Source of the DNA: Octopus sinensis
Lineage: Eukaryota
Direction of reading: 5' to 3'
DNA length: 64,000 nucleotides
NCBI RefSeq assembly: GCF_006345805.1
Contig: NC_043003.1
Coordinates: forward strand, 56,916,001 to 56,980,000
The position numbers and the translations under genes were made by a program. Below are positions 22,619 to 35,866 of this stretch, piece after piece. The notes below the pieces were generated by a model. The model saw only the letters and a program-made list of their open reading frames with translations, was not told the origin of the DNA and searched no databases. Numbering within the stretch: the stretch's first letter is position 1; every line of letters starts with the position of its first letter.

Positions 22619-23260
22619 CTAAACCTGCGCCGTCCACAGGTGGGGTATATATGCGTCACGTAAAGTGGGCAACACTCCCGGTGAAACTACATGACTTCGA
22701 AAGGATCCTTATCATTTTCTGAAAACGAGGGATTCCTCCATTGAATTTCTGCACACCAGTTTCACTAATCATGTTTATGTCGAGCAGAGTCAGCAATGAG
22801 TTTCACTTTAGTTAATGTTGGATCATCTACGCAGCCGTTTAAAGAGGCAGATCCTTGTTTTATCACGGTGAAGTGTGTTAGTATTGTAGTGATGTGATGG
22901 TTGCCTGATAACAGGGAGTAATAAAGTTACTGCAAAATAAATTTTCTTTGTTCATAAGAGGGAATATCTTTTTTGTTTATTTTTGAAGTGGGACGTAGGA
23001 CGAAAAGAGTGGAAAGTAAGAAGCTAGAAGTTGTAGTGAATTTTCACGGAGGGCAGCTAAGTAAATAAGTAAAGAAGGAGCCAATCGGATAATATAAATT
23101 TAGCTTTAGCTACCAAAAGACGCTTTTAGTATTTTCGAAACGGTGTCGGCATAGAGATGCAGTCCGGTGTGCTTGAGCGCCAACCAAGCATAGCATATTT
23201 TTTCGTTACAAACTATTTTTCCTAATTACCACAAATGAAAAATAAATAAACATCGTCAGC

Positions 23261-23331
23261 TGCCGTGACCAGGATTCGACCTGGGTTACCACGAACACAA
23301 CGTGGGGTCCTAACCACTAGACGATCATGGC
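23261..23331 (-). pseudogene. tRNA-His(GUG) pseudogene
   Basis: 71 nt. Relative to the intact copy: 1-nt T-loop deletion (GGTCGAATCC), A4:C69 acceptor mismatch, and positions 37-38 GC>TT. Confidence 0.9.
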
Positions 23332-23871
23332 CAACAGATAACACAAAGGCATAGGTTTTCAAAATGCTCGTTATATTTACACTGCTGGTTATACTGTTTC
23401 TTGCCGCTGTAATTCAACATCAACAACATTGCTTTGCTACTCTGCAAGCGTTTTTGTGCGTTTGCGGTGGTATGCATTAACTTCTAACAGTCTTCGTTCT
23501 CGTTCAAAAACAAAAAAAAAATATCTATATTCCATTAAAGGGTTGCAGAAACGGTAAAGTACCGGTCTACATACATTACCATATTTATATAATCCTCGGT
23601 TTAAATGCCTTTCTGCCCAGTTTTACTCTTTCATTTCTTTTCATCGATGTTACGTTCGAACTCCATATCAGCTCTGATAGAACAGACGAGGTGATATTAA
23701 GATATTTTCTATGCATTCCTTAGTTACTCATATATTTTATTGTCTTGGTACATCTAAATATGTATTAGCTATTTATTAGGTTTATGTGTATCATATGCTT
23801 TGTTTTATTTTATTATCTGTTCTGATTTATCCTGGTTCCATTGATTCCTTATTTTATTTTTTCCGTAAACG

Positions 23872-24030
23872 TCAAATTCAGTACTGGATCGATAAAATAC
23901 AAATTCAGCTCTGTTCGATAAAGTACGAAGTCTGTTTCGGATCAATAAAGTACCAACACAGAGATTAACAATTCAATACTGGTCGATAAAATACCAATTT
24001 TGTTGTGGATTGATAAAATACAAATTATTC
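23872..24030. repeat. Five copies of a GGATCGATAAAATAC-like motif, spacing 27/26/42/26 bp
   Basis: Motifs start at 23886, 23913, 23939, 23981 and 24007. Confidence 0.7.
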
Positions 24031-24534
24031 AGTGACCGCTTTCCTTTTTTAACACAGCAGGTTATGATATACGAGATTTGGCTGTTACTTTTGGGAAGTC
24101 GATCAGCCATATAGAATATCCATCGCTGATACGGTGACCAGATGGTTGTTAGTTATAAATCCCTGCAATTGATTAATTAAAAGAATAATTAACACAATAA
24201 AATTATGTTCTATTAACGTTCAAATTGACTTACAAAATGGTTTCTGTATGTGCCTACTTTCGCTCTTGAATGTGTGTATGTATGAGCATATGTTTGTGTG
24301 TGAACATATGTGTGTGTGTGGGGGGGTTGTATGATTGTCTATCTGTAAAAGTTTGGACATTTGTGAATTGTATGCGTGTGAGTATGTGTTTAAAACACGT
24401 TTAAGCTATTTCTGGTCAATTAGTGAATGGTCAAAGGTCATATTCTTCGGCTAAAACTTGATGGCAGCGCCATATCACTTACTCACACAACACACTTACA
24501 ACACTTATACTTATTCACAACTTTTAGATGCGCA

Positions 24535-24780
24535 CATACAATCATATACATGCATATCTACGTCTATACAAACACGCATACATACGTATATACACAGGCA
24601 TATATACACACACACACAAACGTACATATGTGTACATAAACACATTTACGTACATACAATCATATACATGCATATCTACGTCTATACAAACACGCATACA
24701 TACGTATATACACAGGCATATATACACACACACACACATACACATAACCGTACATATGTGTACATAAACACATTTACGTA
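24535..24780. repeat. Near-identical tandem duplication of a ~118-bp CA/TA-rich unit
   Basis: CATACAATCATATACATGCATATCTACGTCTATACAAACACG.. starts at 24535 and at 24653. Confidence 0.9.
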
Positions 24781-25149
24781 TACATAGATACAATAGCCAG
24801 TATGAAAGGAAATGGGTTCTCCGACAAATTTCGACGATGATTCTATCATTTTTCCTATCTGCTAAGCAACAAGTTGGTATTAGCGCGTGAGTGAGTGCGT
24901 TAGAATTCCTCAGAATCGAGTACACGTAAGAAAATATAAGGCAGAAATCAGGATGGGAAAAACTTCTGGCTTTTGAATTACAAATACAATGCATTCGAAG
25001 GGCTTCCTTAGAATTTCCCTATACGCAATTACAATTAGAATTAATGGGTCTATCCAAGATAATGGACTAGACTCTTATCCAGTTACAACGGAGATTTGAA
25101 TCGGGCACCTCACGATTATAAAGCAACCTTGTAAACCTAACTTGTCTAA

Positions 25150-25195
<46 letters not shown>

Positions 25196-25228
25196 ACTTA
25201 TAAACAAGGGCAAAAGAAAATTATTTCT

Positions 25229-25259
<31 letters not shown>

Positions 25260-25384
25260 TTCTCTCATGATAACTGCCGCAGTATAGCTTGTTCTGATGG
25301 AACATCCACGTTTATATGGAAATAAATACTACCTCACCTTATTAATACTGCGTCTATACATATATATATATATATATATGAAGA

Positions 25385-25471
25385 GATAGACTGACAGATA
25401 GATAGATAGACAGATAGAGAGAGACAGAGAGAGAGAGACAGAGAGACAGAGAGACAGACAGACAGACAGAC

Positions 25472-25567
<96 letters not shown>
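25385..25567. repeat. Compound (GA)/(GACA)/(GATA)n microsatellite
   Basis: Direct reading. Confidence 0.95.
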
Positions 25568-25568
<1 letters not shown>

Positions 25569-25889
25569 TGTACACTCACTCATTCTTACAAAGACACAGT
25601 CATACACACACGAATTCTGATTCTTTCATTACGAAACATATATATGTATTCCTACATACATGTAATTCCACACATTCTCATTAAATGCTTAGACTTTAAT
25701 TACATTCAGTAACATTGATTATCGTATATAAAGTTTTCTGCCAGGTCGCAAGTCAATTCAGTTCACCAGAGTTCATATCGAAAGACTCACATAACGGCAT
25801 GTAGATATATCTGTGTCGTTATATTCACAAATATATGAATATATATATTCATGTATCTTAGCACAGCCACGTGAGTCTTCAGATATCAA

Positions 25890-26345
25890 GACGTCACGAA
25901 AGAGATTCTTCACTACACGTATACGAAGCGTATATCAGAACAAACCAGTGAAATAGAGACTACGTGGTTGTATGAACTGCCAGAAACAGCAGCCAAATTT
26001 CTCTTAAATCCCGTCCTGCCATCTTGAGCCAAGGACACACTGAATAATTTTCCTTCAAGATATTACGAAATAGTTTCTCCACAATACACCCATACAGGAT
26101 ATACTTGCATGAACGAGCAAGGGACAGTGTATATTGATAGACGATCTGCTAGAAATATCAGCTAAATTTCTCTCAAATCACATCCTTCTATCTTGAGGTA
26201 ATGTTCTTTCAAATTATCAGGAAATAATTGCCCCACTATATATACACGCAGCGTATCTTTATGAATAAACCAGTAGGAGTATATGTGGTCGCATGGTCTA
26301 CAAGAAATAGCACGTAAATCTCTCTTAAATTACATCCTAAGCTTT
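25890..26345. repeat. Three diverged tandem units of ~155-170 bp
   Basis: GAAA(C/T)AGCAGCCAAAT(T/C)TCTCT(T/C)AAAT-like anchor at ~25982, 26151 and 26305; the same motif is dispersed at ~7200 and, reversed, at ~5180, 22205 and 24075. Confidence 0.65.
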
Positions 26346-26428
26346 GGATTATGTCCTATGTCTGCTAAGACAGGGATGTTGGCCACAGGTAACGTTATTT
26401 TTCTAAGGCAGTGATCGTGATTGTTTAT

Positions 26429-26916
26429 TATTTCTTTATTGCCCACAAGGGGTTAAACATACACGGGACAAACAAGGACAGACAAGGGAATGAAGTCGAT
26501 TACATCGACCTCAGTGCGTAACTGGTACTTACGTCGTCGTCGTAATCATTACTTTCATTGTTGTCATCCTCAACATCAGTAGGCGCAGGAGTGGCTGTGT
26601 GGTAAGTAGCTTGCTTACCAACCACATGGTTCTACTATAGCATCGGGCCCACCAAAGCCTTGTAAGTGGATTTGGTAGACAGAAACTGAAAGAAGCCATT
26701 TTATGAGTGTGTATGTGTGTGTGTGTGTTTGTCCCCCAACATCACTTGACAACCGATGCTGGTGTGTTTACGTCCCCGTAACTTAGCTGTATGGCAAAAG
26801 GGACCGATAGAATAAGTACTAGGCTAACAAAGAATAAGTCCTGGGGTCGATTTGTTCGACTACAGGCGGTGCTCCAGCATGGCCTCAGTCAAATGACTGA
26901 AACAGGTAAAAAAGAA
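26429..26916. mobile_element. Family-A SINE tail (-, 26429-26531) and family-B SINE (+, 26581-26916) with its B-box/CORE region deleted
   Basis: TATTTCTTTATTGCCCACAAGG..GTCGATTACATCGACCTCAGTG; AGGCGCAGGAGTGGCTGTGTGGTAAG..ACCACATGGTT|CTACTATAGC..AAATGACTGAAAC. Confidence 0.85.
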
Positions 26917-27768
26917 ATAATAATAATCGCCAGTCGTCATCGTCATTATCAGCACCATTGTCATCGTCATCATCATTATCTTCATCGTTCTCGTCGTCGT
27001 CGTCGTTATCATCAGCATCATCGTCATCACCATCATCACCGTCGTATCATGATCGTTATCAACATCGCCTTCATCATCGTTATTAATATCACCATCTTCA
27101 CCTACAACAACAACAACGACCACAACAACAACAACATAGAAACAAAAGCTGCAGCAACAATTATACATGTTCGAATACACCGACAGACATTCATAAATAT
27201 TCACGATATTTAAATTCGGTTCCTGGCTGCCTGAATCAACTGGAATGAAATCTATATACAATGTTAACAATGTAATTTCCACCGACTATGCGCGCGTCAA
27301 AAGAGTCATACGAAGATGGAGGTAACACATGTATATAAATACAAGAGTATGTGTTTACATGATAGTAATATTATGTAAGCACATTCTGAATAAATACACA
27401 CATGCACATATACACATACGCACGCTGACACCCACACTCACATTCGCATACACAGATATTAAAGCCGTAACGAATTCAAGCATTTATCATCCTCGCCTAC
27501 ATATTGCTGGCAGGTATAAATCTCTCGAGTACCAAGATGTGAAATGGAATGAGTTGATATGCACAGCAAATCTACTTCAACTAACGTTCTGAGTTTGTCG
27601 CAGAACCGTGTACGCTTAATATAACGCTCGCGAGCAATCAACATGGTCGAATATGAAACAAGTGTGGGGCTTTGAGCTGCGGCTCTAATTTATCCGATGT
27701 GCGTATGTATACGTGTGTGTGTGGGGGGGGGGGTGTTTGCGTGTGCGTGTGTTTGTGTATGTGTGTGT

Positions 27769-28195
27769 CAGGGCCGGATAAAGACCCATCGAGGTCCTAA
27801 GCACTTAAAAAGATTTTGGTAAATCCATAAAAAATAATGTAATTCAAAATATAAACAATAAGAAACCATGAAATAATGTTTTATTTTTCAAAACGAAACA
27901 AAAGACTAAGAGGCAAAATAATGTTTATTTTTGTATACTTCCACATTATTTATATTTGAAAAGTTTCCTCCTACTTTTTTGAATTGCACAGTCTTTGATC
28001 AGATCCTCAAGATTAATCTTAGGTAACACATCTGCATCTATACTTATTAGAGACAAAGGCTTCCCGAATATTATTTTAGCAAGTTTAATGTGATTTCTTT
28101 TGTGCCGTAAACATTTTACCATTTCCCTGATGCCGGCTGCTTCCCTTGATGCCTTAAGCACGTGCTTATTTTGTTTAATGGTGAATCTGGCGCTG
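27769..28195 (-). mobile_element. Non-autonomous hAT element (427 bp) retaining the transposase C-terminal dimerisation-domain tail
   Basis: TIRs CAGGGCCGGAT / (rc) CAGCGCCAGAT; 8-bp TSD GTGTGTGT / GTGTTTGT; minus-strand LSLISIDADVLPKINLEDLIKDCAIQKSRRKLF. Confidence 0.8.
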
Positions 28196-28908
28196 GTGTT
28201 TGTGTGAGTGTATGTGTATATAGTGTGTGCGTGTTAGTTCTACCTAGAAACAGTAGTTGCCTCGATTTTGAGCAAGCGACGGATCCTTTCAACCTCTGGT
28301 GATTCGGGTCTGTCCTTGCTTATTCATCAGGTAAGTTATGCTATTCATACACTTTATTCCGACCGAAATACAAATACGCAAACGCATACACACACATCCT
28401 ATGCATAAGAATTCGTACAATGTTACCAACGTGGTGCAGTTAGTATCATTGCAGTTTTAGTCGTTCGACCAGCCAGATCATCTTTTTACCAAAGCGGGCC
28501 TTGAAATATTTTGCTGGAGTGTGGGTTACAAGAGAATGGCAGTAATTAAGAAATTACGATTTCAATTTAGCTTCGCCCCATAATGGGGGACGCGTCTTAG
28601 TTTTATATTGCAAAATCGATGTGGGACTCGGAACAAACCAGTTGAGAGAATCTAAGACAACATATATCAGCGAGATTTTTACGAAGGACACCAGAGTGAG
28701 TTAAGCAACGAAAGGACTTATTAGGTTATGCCTATGCAATTTTAAAAAGTCTCCAAACTGGTGCGAATACTACTGAAAATGACGAGGAATCACAGAGCCG
28801 CACAATCAGGAGCCCCTGCTAGTAACCCTGAATAACGCTTTGTTTGCTACAGAAAATGTTTGCAATGCAATATATTAAATTTGACAAAAAAAAAAGATGT
28901 TGAGCAGC

Positions 28909-28980
28909 TGCAGTGACCAGGATTCGAATCTGGGTTACCACGGCCACAACGAGGGGTCCTAACCACTAGACGATCACGGC
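28909..28980 (-). pseudogene. Degenerate tRNA-His(GUG), probable pseudogene
   Basis: 72 nt with three substitutions, each breaking a pair: acceptor C3:U70, anticodon-stem U:U, and G53A in the T-stem/B-box. Confidence 0.85.
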
Positions 28981-29751
28981 TATCAACTACTACACGGAAG
29001 CGATTACAAAATATCAATGATATAGTTACGCTTCTAGACATCGAATGTTTTATGACGTGTATTGTGAAATTGTACAGAAGGATGCGCGTTGTTTTGTAAA
29101 ACTACTCATCTCGCATTTGGAAGATAATCTCGATTAGACGAATCTGCAAGTGATGGAAGTCTTTAAATCATTGCACAAAACTATTTAGAATGAAGTATAT
29201 AAACTCTGAGCTCGCCGACGGCATTCTTTAATTATTCTCGAAAATTTTGATGTTTTCTAATTAATATTTCAACTCAAGAAGTATTCAATTCTCTTGATGT
29301 AGTTATTCAAACTTAATATATTTTAATAATAATAATAATATAATAATAATAATAATAATAATAATCATTATTACTATTATTATTATTATCATTATGATTA
29401 CTATTATTATATTATTATTATTATTATTATTATTATGTTTTGGTAACTTCATGACAGCAATCCAAGTCGCTTGTAACCTTTGGTTGCTTTAAATATGTTT
29501 TAAAGGAGTATGATGAGGAATATTTCCTCTCTGTTGTTGATAAATTAACCCAGCTACTGAAGTAGTGAGGTTTTACTCGTGTTTTCGAATTGGGGCAAGA
29601 AATGTGTATAATTTCCTGGCCTACCTGTTATAAGTATTTATTATACATGTGTGTGTGTGTGTGTGTGTGCGTGTATAGGTATAGAACCGAAGTTTTAGAA
29701 AGACCATCAGAGCGAGACAAACGGAAATTTGAACAGCAGTTTTGAGGCTAC

Positions 29752-29782
29752 CTTCTTTGTCTTCAGCCAAAGTACCGCCATC
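29752..29782 (-). CDS. Candidate 31-nt micro-exon (DGGTLAEDKE or MAVLWLKTKK)
   Basis: Acceptor tttctgtcgacacccttcag|, donor AAGAAG|gtagcc; unique sequence; no homology recognised. Confidence 0.2.
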
Positions 29783-30436
29783 CTGAAGGGTGTCGACAGA
29801 AACAACACCAAACAATACCAAGCAAAGAGACCAGCAGTCTTTAAAACATCGATATCACCACCACCAACAACAACAACAACAAAGTATTTTGACAATGAAA
29901 ACTATGGCATTCATTTTATTTGTCACATACATATACAAGTAGTTAAAGTGAGATTGTTAGAAAGCCAACCAAAAATCAACAGTCTGCTGTCTGGTCGAGT
30001 TCACCCAGACAGATATCGAAATCAAAACAAATATTCGTGAAGTATATAAGCGACGGAAAATGAAGTGGCTGGGGATATGAATGGAACTCATTGTCCAAAC
30101 GGATCAGGGGTGTATAGAAGCCGCCATCGACACAATCAACCTGTTACATCGTATACAGCTGTTCGTAATTATGTGGCTGAAAGCTCACATGCTACCCATG
30201 TGACGGGAAAAATTACCTAAAGGCCTCCTGCCTAAAACAGCCGGAAAGAAATTCATTACTTTGTACCCCCATTACACAATAACTAGATTACAAACAAGAA
30301 TGGCAGCAGCAATAGAGGATATTGTCAGAGCAACGATATCATCGGTCGCAGCATCAGCGGAAACAACATGAAGAACAGCAGCATCGGTAACTAGATTATA
30401 GAAACTGTAGCTACCACACAGAAGCAGCAACAGAGT

Positions 30437-30814
30437 GGAGGCGCAATGGTCCAATGGTTTTGGGCAGCGGACTCGCGGTCGGAAGATCGAGGTTTCGATT
30501 CCCAGACCAGGCGTTGTGTTTGTTTATTGAGCGAAAACACCTAAAGCTCCACGAGGCTCCGGCAGGGGAGGAGGTGGCGACCCCTGTTGTACTCTTTCGC
30601 TCCAACTTTCTCTCACTCTTTCTTCCTGTTTCTTCCTACGCAACCGCTGAGCCTGGATGCGCATTCAGCCATCCGTCAATGCTCTCGCTGTCGGGGGTTG
30701 ACCTGCTTTCTCGTCTGCGGGTCTTACGAATAGCAAGGGACCACGTTTCGGACTTCTCCCATCTTGCGAGCTCTGGGACGAAGACCGTTCGCTCAACAGC
30801 AACAGCAACAACAG
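30437..30814 (+). mobile_element. Full-length family-C SINE (tRNA-Arg-like head) with (CAA/CAG)n tail
   Basis: GGAGGCGCAATGGTCCAATGG..GCGGACTCGCGGTCGGAAGATCGAGGTTTCGATTCCCAG resembles tRNA-Arg; ends ..GTTCGCTC(AACAGC)n. Confidence 0.85.
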
Positions 30815-32592
30815 AAACCAACAACATCACAAAGGCCAGTAAATACCACAAAAAAATATCAGAAATACCATCATTCGCACCAGTACCACAAAACAGACAC
30901 CACCAACATTACAAAGACAAGCACCATTCACACCCACACGAACATCAGAACAACTTCTTAAGATTATCTCTACAGATTTACCATAGAAATTATAGCCAGC
31001 GCTGATTCTGTTACAATTCTGTAAACGAGCTATGAGGTATGCCATATTTCAGAAGTTTAACTCCTTCATCACTATCTTAAACATCCACGAACTCATTGCT
31101 TAAACAACCTTTAAATATAGGTGAAACATTACCAATATACTTTGTATATTATGGTTGCCTAACGAAATACGGTATCGCGACAAGTCGTTAACTTTCAGTG
31201 TAAATTCCATTGACACGGCCAAGAAAAAAACATCTTTAACTGTACTTTCATAAACACAAATAACAAAATAATAAACACATTACACAAATTAACGTACAAA
31301 CGTCACTTAGCAGAACTACATCACTTTAATAATCACGATACCAATAAGCATAGAAATCAAAAAATTATCACAAAATACAATTGACAGTTTAATAAAGTAA
31401 TATATCGAAGGAGGAGTCTTTTGAGGGAACATGATCAAACGATTATAAAAACAATTACTTGTAGAAACACCTCAATAAGACGGAGGGAGCGAACATTTGT
31501 CACTTCATAAAAATAACTTAAGTGAACCTTTCTTCCTTTCCTCCATTTTTCTTACATGACCTTACATAGAATACGCAGAATAAAGATGGGTGACCTGCTG
31601 TAGCTTTGCAATTAGGTCCAGCTGCTTAACGACATGAAGTCGCTATAGATAAATATGGGGGTCATGAGCATGACCCGAATTTTTAAGCTACAAATTTTTC
31701 TCGCCCATTTTAAATGGAATTGAGGTATATGCAGCGTAGTGGATGGGCACTGGAAGTTCAAGTAGCTGTATTTCTGTTTCGCAATGGTCTGCGTTTCACG
31801 ATATAGACCAGCATCTGTATTAAACAGGGGGAAAAAAAGAGGAGAAAAAGCAGGAAATTCCAGTAAACTAATTCCTCATATAAAAGTTTTTAAAATATTT
31901 GTAGTGAAAACATGGAAATTAACAATTAAGGAACAAGATAAATTCCAGGACACGGTCATAAGAGACATGACATGGAGATTATTAGTAGAGAATTAAGGTC
32001 AACACCGAACACATGTGGCAATAGAGACATATATCATTGATAAATATCGCTGCTACTTTCTCTTGATGTTAATCTGTTTGCTGTGACAGATCAGGTTCTC
32101 TAGGCATCACAGATGAAACTATATTGTTACACACACCAGCTCTAAAGGGCATGTGCAAAGCATAATAAACGTCAAAAATCTCATTTACAAATTACAACAG
32201 AACCTACTTTATCACATTAATGGGAGTGTTCTGCAATATATACTCAGCCTTTACTAAAATAAGTTCATAAAAAATATTACAAATTATATTTCACACCATA
32301 GAAATTACACGAACATCTGTAGCGGCATTCTCAATATCGGATTCTAAACTTTAGGAGATCTCAGTTCTAACAAATAAGAAAATGTAATATGAGGCCAGAT
32401 CCACTCCAACCAACTTTGTATTGTCCCAAAATTTCGATCGACTAATCCTGCAGTTACAGCTCGATTCTTAAAATTTTAAACACTTTCAAGTGCGAATTCT
32501 TGTTTGCTAATAGTTCGAATGATCTCAGCAGGTCGAACAGTTTATTCAAAAAGAAATGTCCTCCAGCTTCAAATGAAATAAAAATTATTGAG

Positions 32593-32950
32593 TGGGAGCA
32601 TAACTGTGTGGTTAAGCGACTCAATTTGCAACCACTCCGTTTCGGGTTCGATCCACACTGCTGAGCACCTTGGGTAACTCAACTATATATTCGGCCCGAT
32701 CAATGGTTTTGAAAGGAATTTCGGGGACAGAAACTGTGCGGAAGCCCGTCGTATATGAATGTGTGTATGTGAACGTTTGTGTGTGTGTGTGTATGTGTTT
32801 GTACCCCACGCTGCACACTTCATGACAACCGGTGTTGGCTTGTTTTTGTTCTCGTAACCAAGTGGTTCGGCACAAGCACCTGTTAGAATAAGTTCCCTTC
32901 AATGTTCTTCCCCAACATGATCACAGCCTAATGTCTGAAACAAAAGATAA
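32593..32950 (+). mobile_element. Diverged family-B-related SINE
   Basis: CTGTGTGGTTAAGC..GGGTTCGATCC..GCACCTTGGGTAACT..GAAGCCCGTCGTATAT..ACAACCGGTGTTGG. Confidence 0.7.
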
Positions 32951-33707
32951 AGCAAAGGGTTACGTATGTTGGATCCTTTCCAAACAAGCAATTATTTTTT
33001 ATTACATGGGAAACAGACGATAAAAATAATTTCAGCATTTCAAGCTAATGTCAGGAACAGAAACTATTACGATGCTTCTTCACCTTGAGAGCATCACAAG
33101 TAGAACACCTTAAACATTCAACTTATTCTAAAATAAAATACTGAAATTTACTATTTAATGGCTGATAATTCTTTCTAAATTTGGAGCAAGATCTGGGATT
33201 TTGAGGCGAGATGTTGGTCAGGAACAGGTCGAATACATCGACACCAGCACTTGACACATACATAATTTTATCGACCCTGGTGGAATGAAAGCCAAATAGA
33301 TAAGATGTTAACGTTGGCTTTCATTCCACCAGTCGGGGCAGAAATGCTCGTAAGCATTTTTGTCCGAGTACTAACTTTTCTGCCAGCTTCTCTCTTTATA
33401 ATGGTTGATAGTGATTAGAAAGATTGCTTTAGGTCAAGATCTGTATTTGAATGAAGTTTGCGTTGAGCACAAGATTGTTTCTAACTAATAGCAGAGGCAT
33501 ATATATATATATTGTAATGAAATGAATGGTTTCAAATTTCCTGAAGTGTCCTCAAAATGCGAGAAGCTGTTTGGGAAAAGAATGAAATTCTGATAATTTC
33601 AAGGTCTTGATGCGCTCTTACTTATAAGATTCAGATGCAAAGTATATCCTTGTCAGATTTTAATTTGAAAAAGTAATTGAAGAGCAGAAACATTATGTGT
33701 GAAAGCA

Positions 33708-33909
33708 AACTTAGCGTGGCTGAGCGGTAAAAAAACTTTTTCCCAATCACATGATTCCGGCGTTCAATCCACCTGCGTGGCACGTTGGGCGACTGACATC
33801 TGCTATATCCTGGGGTCAATCAAAGCCGTGTGCTTTGGTTGAGCGGAAACTGGAAGAAACATGTCACGTGTGTGTGTGCACGTGCGTGTATGCATGTGTG
33901 TGTGTGTGT

Positions 33910-33949
<40 letters not shown>

Positions 33950-34189
33950 TGTGTGTGAATTTGTGTTCGGTTTTGTTCCTCACCACCGTTTGACAGCTTG
34001 TGCTGGATTGTCTATATTCTCATAAATTAGCAGTTCGGCAAAACAGCCGATAGCATAAGTACCAGACTATCACATAAAATAAGCCCGGGGGTGGGTTGAA
34101 GTGGTGGTCGATTTAATCGACAAAACCCAACGAAAGCGTCTCTCCACATGGCTGCAGTCTAGTCACTGTAACAAATCAAAAATAAAAGA
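33708..34189 (+). mobile_element. Diverged family-B-related SINE with internal (TG)n
   Basis: GTGGCTGAGCGGTAA..CACATGATTCCGGCGTTCAATCC..CTGCGTGGCACGTTGGGC..CCACATGGCTGCAGTC. Confidence 0.7.
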
Positions 34190-34559
34190 CGTGTTGTGTG
34201 TGTTTGTGTGTGTGTGTGTATGTGTGAATATATATATACTGCAAACTGTAGATACCACTATTCGCTATTAAATAATTCAAAATAAAGTAAATTCTGTTAT
34301 TTCACTATTTCCGTTGGGGAAAACCTACCTTCTGAAGGCCAAACATTACTGCTAGGAATGGGAAAGAAATACAATCCAATAATATAGAACCAAAGAGGCT
34401 GCCATACCTAGGTTAGGAAAATTAATGCAGGGGATTATAATCTATGATAACATTTCAGATATCCGACCATTGATACTATAGTACGTTGTAGTATCTCGTT
34501 TGAATAGAAAATGCGAAGTTAGGCTTCATTGATTTACAGTGTTGTTATGTCCATAATAT

Positions 34560-35000
34560 TCCAAATGATAGGAACGCCTCTGATGCAGTTACTCTTGATT
34601 GACAGACATTCTTAGATAAACTGGTCGAATAAGCGCTGTCTCTGAACATGAGTAAATATATGCATACTATCTTACCGTCTGTATTTTCCATAGGTTCTGC
34701 GTGATTTCATTCAAGACTATCTACTGGTAATAGGCATTATATAACACGGTCTTTGAATGTCAGATTCAGAGATGCAAGTTAAATGTTGCAATGGATGATA
34801 TCGAAACAAGTATTCTAATTACTGGGGCGTGACCTGTGATAGGTTGCTTTTCAGACAAATATGGATAATTTTAACGTTACACCAGTTAAATACTTTTGAG
34901 TTAAAATGGTGATACGTCTGAGGTTGACATGGTTTAATGACTAGGAACTTGCAACATGAGTAGGATAGGGTGAATGAAGTTATCAGTTCCTGGTTTTGCT
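34560..35000 (-). pseudogene. Decayed CR1/L2-type LINE reverse-transcriptase relic
   Basis: Frameshifted K-PGTDNFIHPILL, PSN*, CNI..FKDRVI and LNEITQNL in the expected order. Confidence 0.45.
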
Positions 35001-35543
35001 TTTCTGTCGATAATGCTCATTAAATTCATGCATTCATACATACACTTACTACATACATAATCAAAATAAGCATCAAGGATATCCAGAGGTAATGCAGGAT
35101 GATCCTTTCATACAACTACCTTTAATTTAACAATGCACTCATTGCATCAATTTAAAATGTAGAACAATCTTCAGCGCTGAAGTAGAGACAACGTCTTCTT
35201 TATCTATCTCCTTAACTGCTTGGAGATTTTAGGTATAATTATAGTAATGTGTCCATCTGTTCTAATGTAATTAAATTCTATGTCTTTGTGCAGCTGAAGA
35301 TTGCTCTATATTTTAAATTGATGTAATGATTGCATTGTTCAATTATATGGAGTTGCATGAAACGATCGTACTGCATTAGCCCTGGAAATCCTTGTTGCTT
35401 ATTTTGATCTTAATCCCCTTACTTTGAAATTGTATGGATAATACCGTACTAAATTCTGGTGCCTCAACCATATTCATCTGAATCTGAATTTTCGCTGAAC
35501 TCATCTACCATACCCAAAGTATATACATATATATGTATGCATA

Positions 35544-35650
<107 letters not shown>

Positions 35651-35812
35651 ATATATATATAAACATGTGTGCGTGAGAGAGAGAGAAAGAGAGAGAGAGA
35701 GTACTTTTATGGTTGACGCACTGCGGTTAATGCCACGAATTGACAAAGTTTATCCCACATTATTATATAAAGTATACAATACTATGATTTCACCAAAACA
35801 CACACACATTCA

Positions 35813-35866
<54 letters not shown>

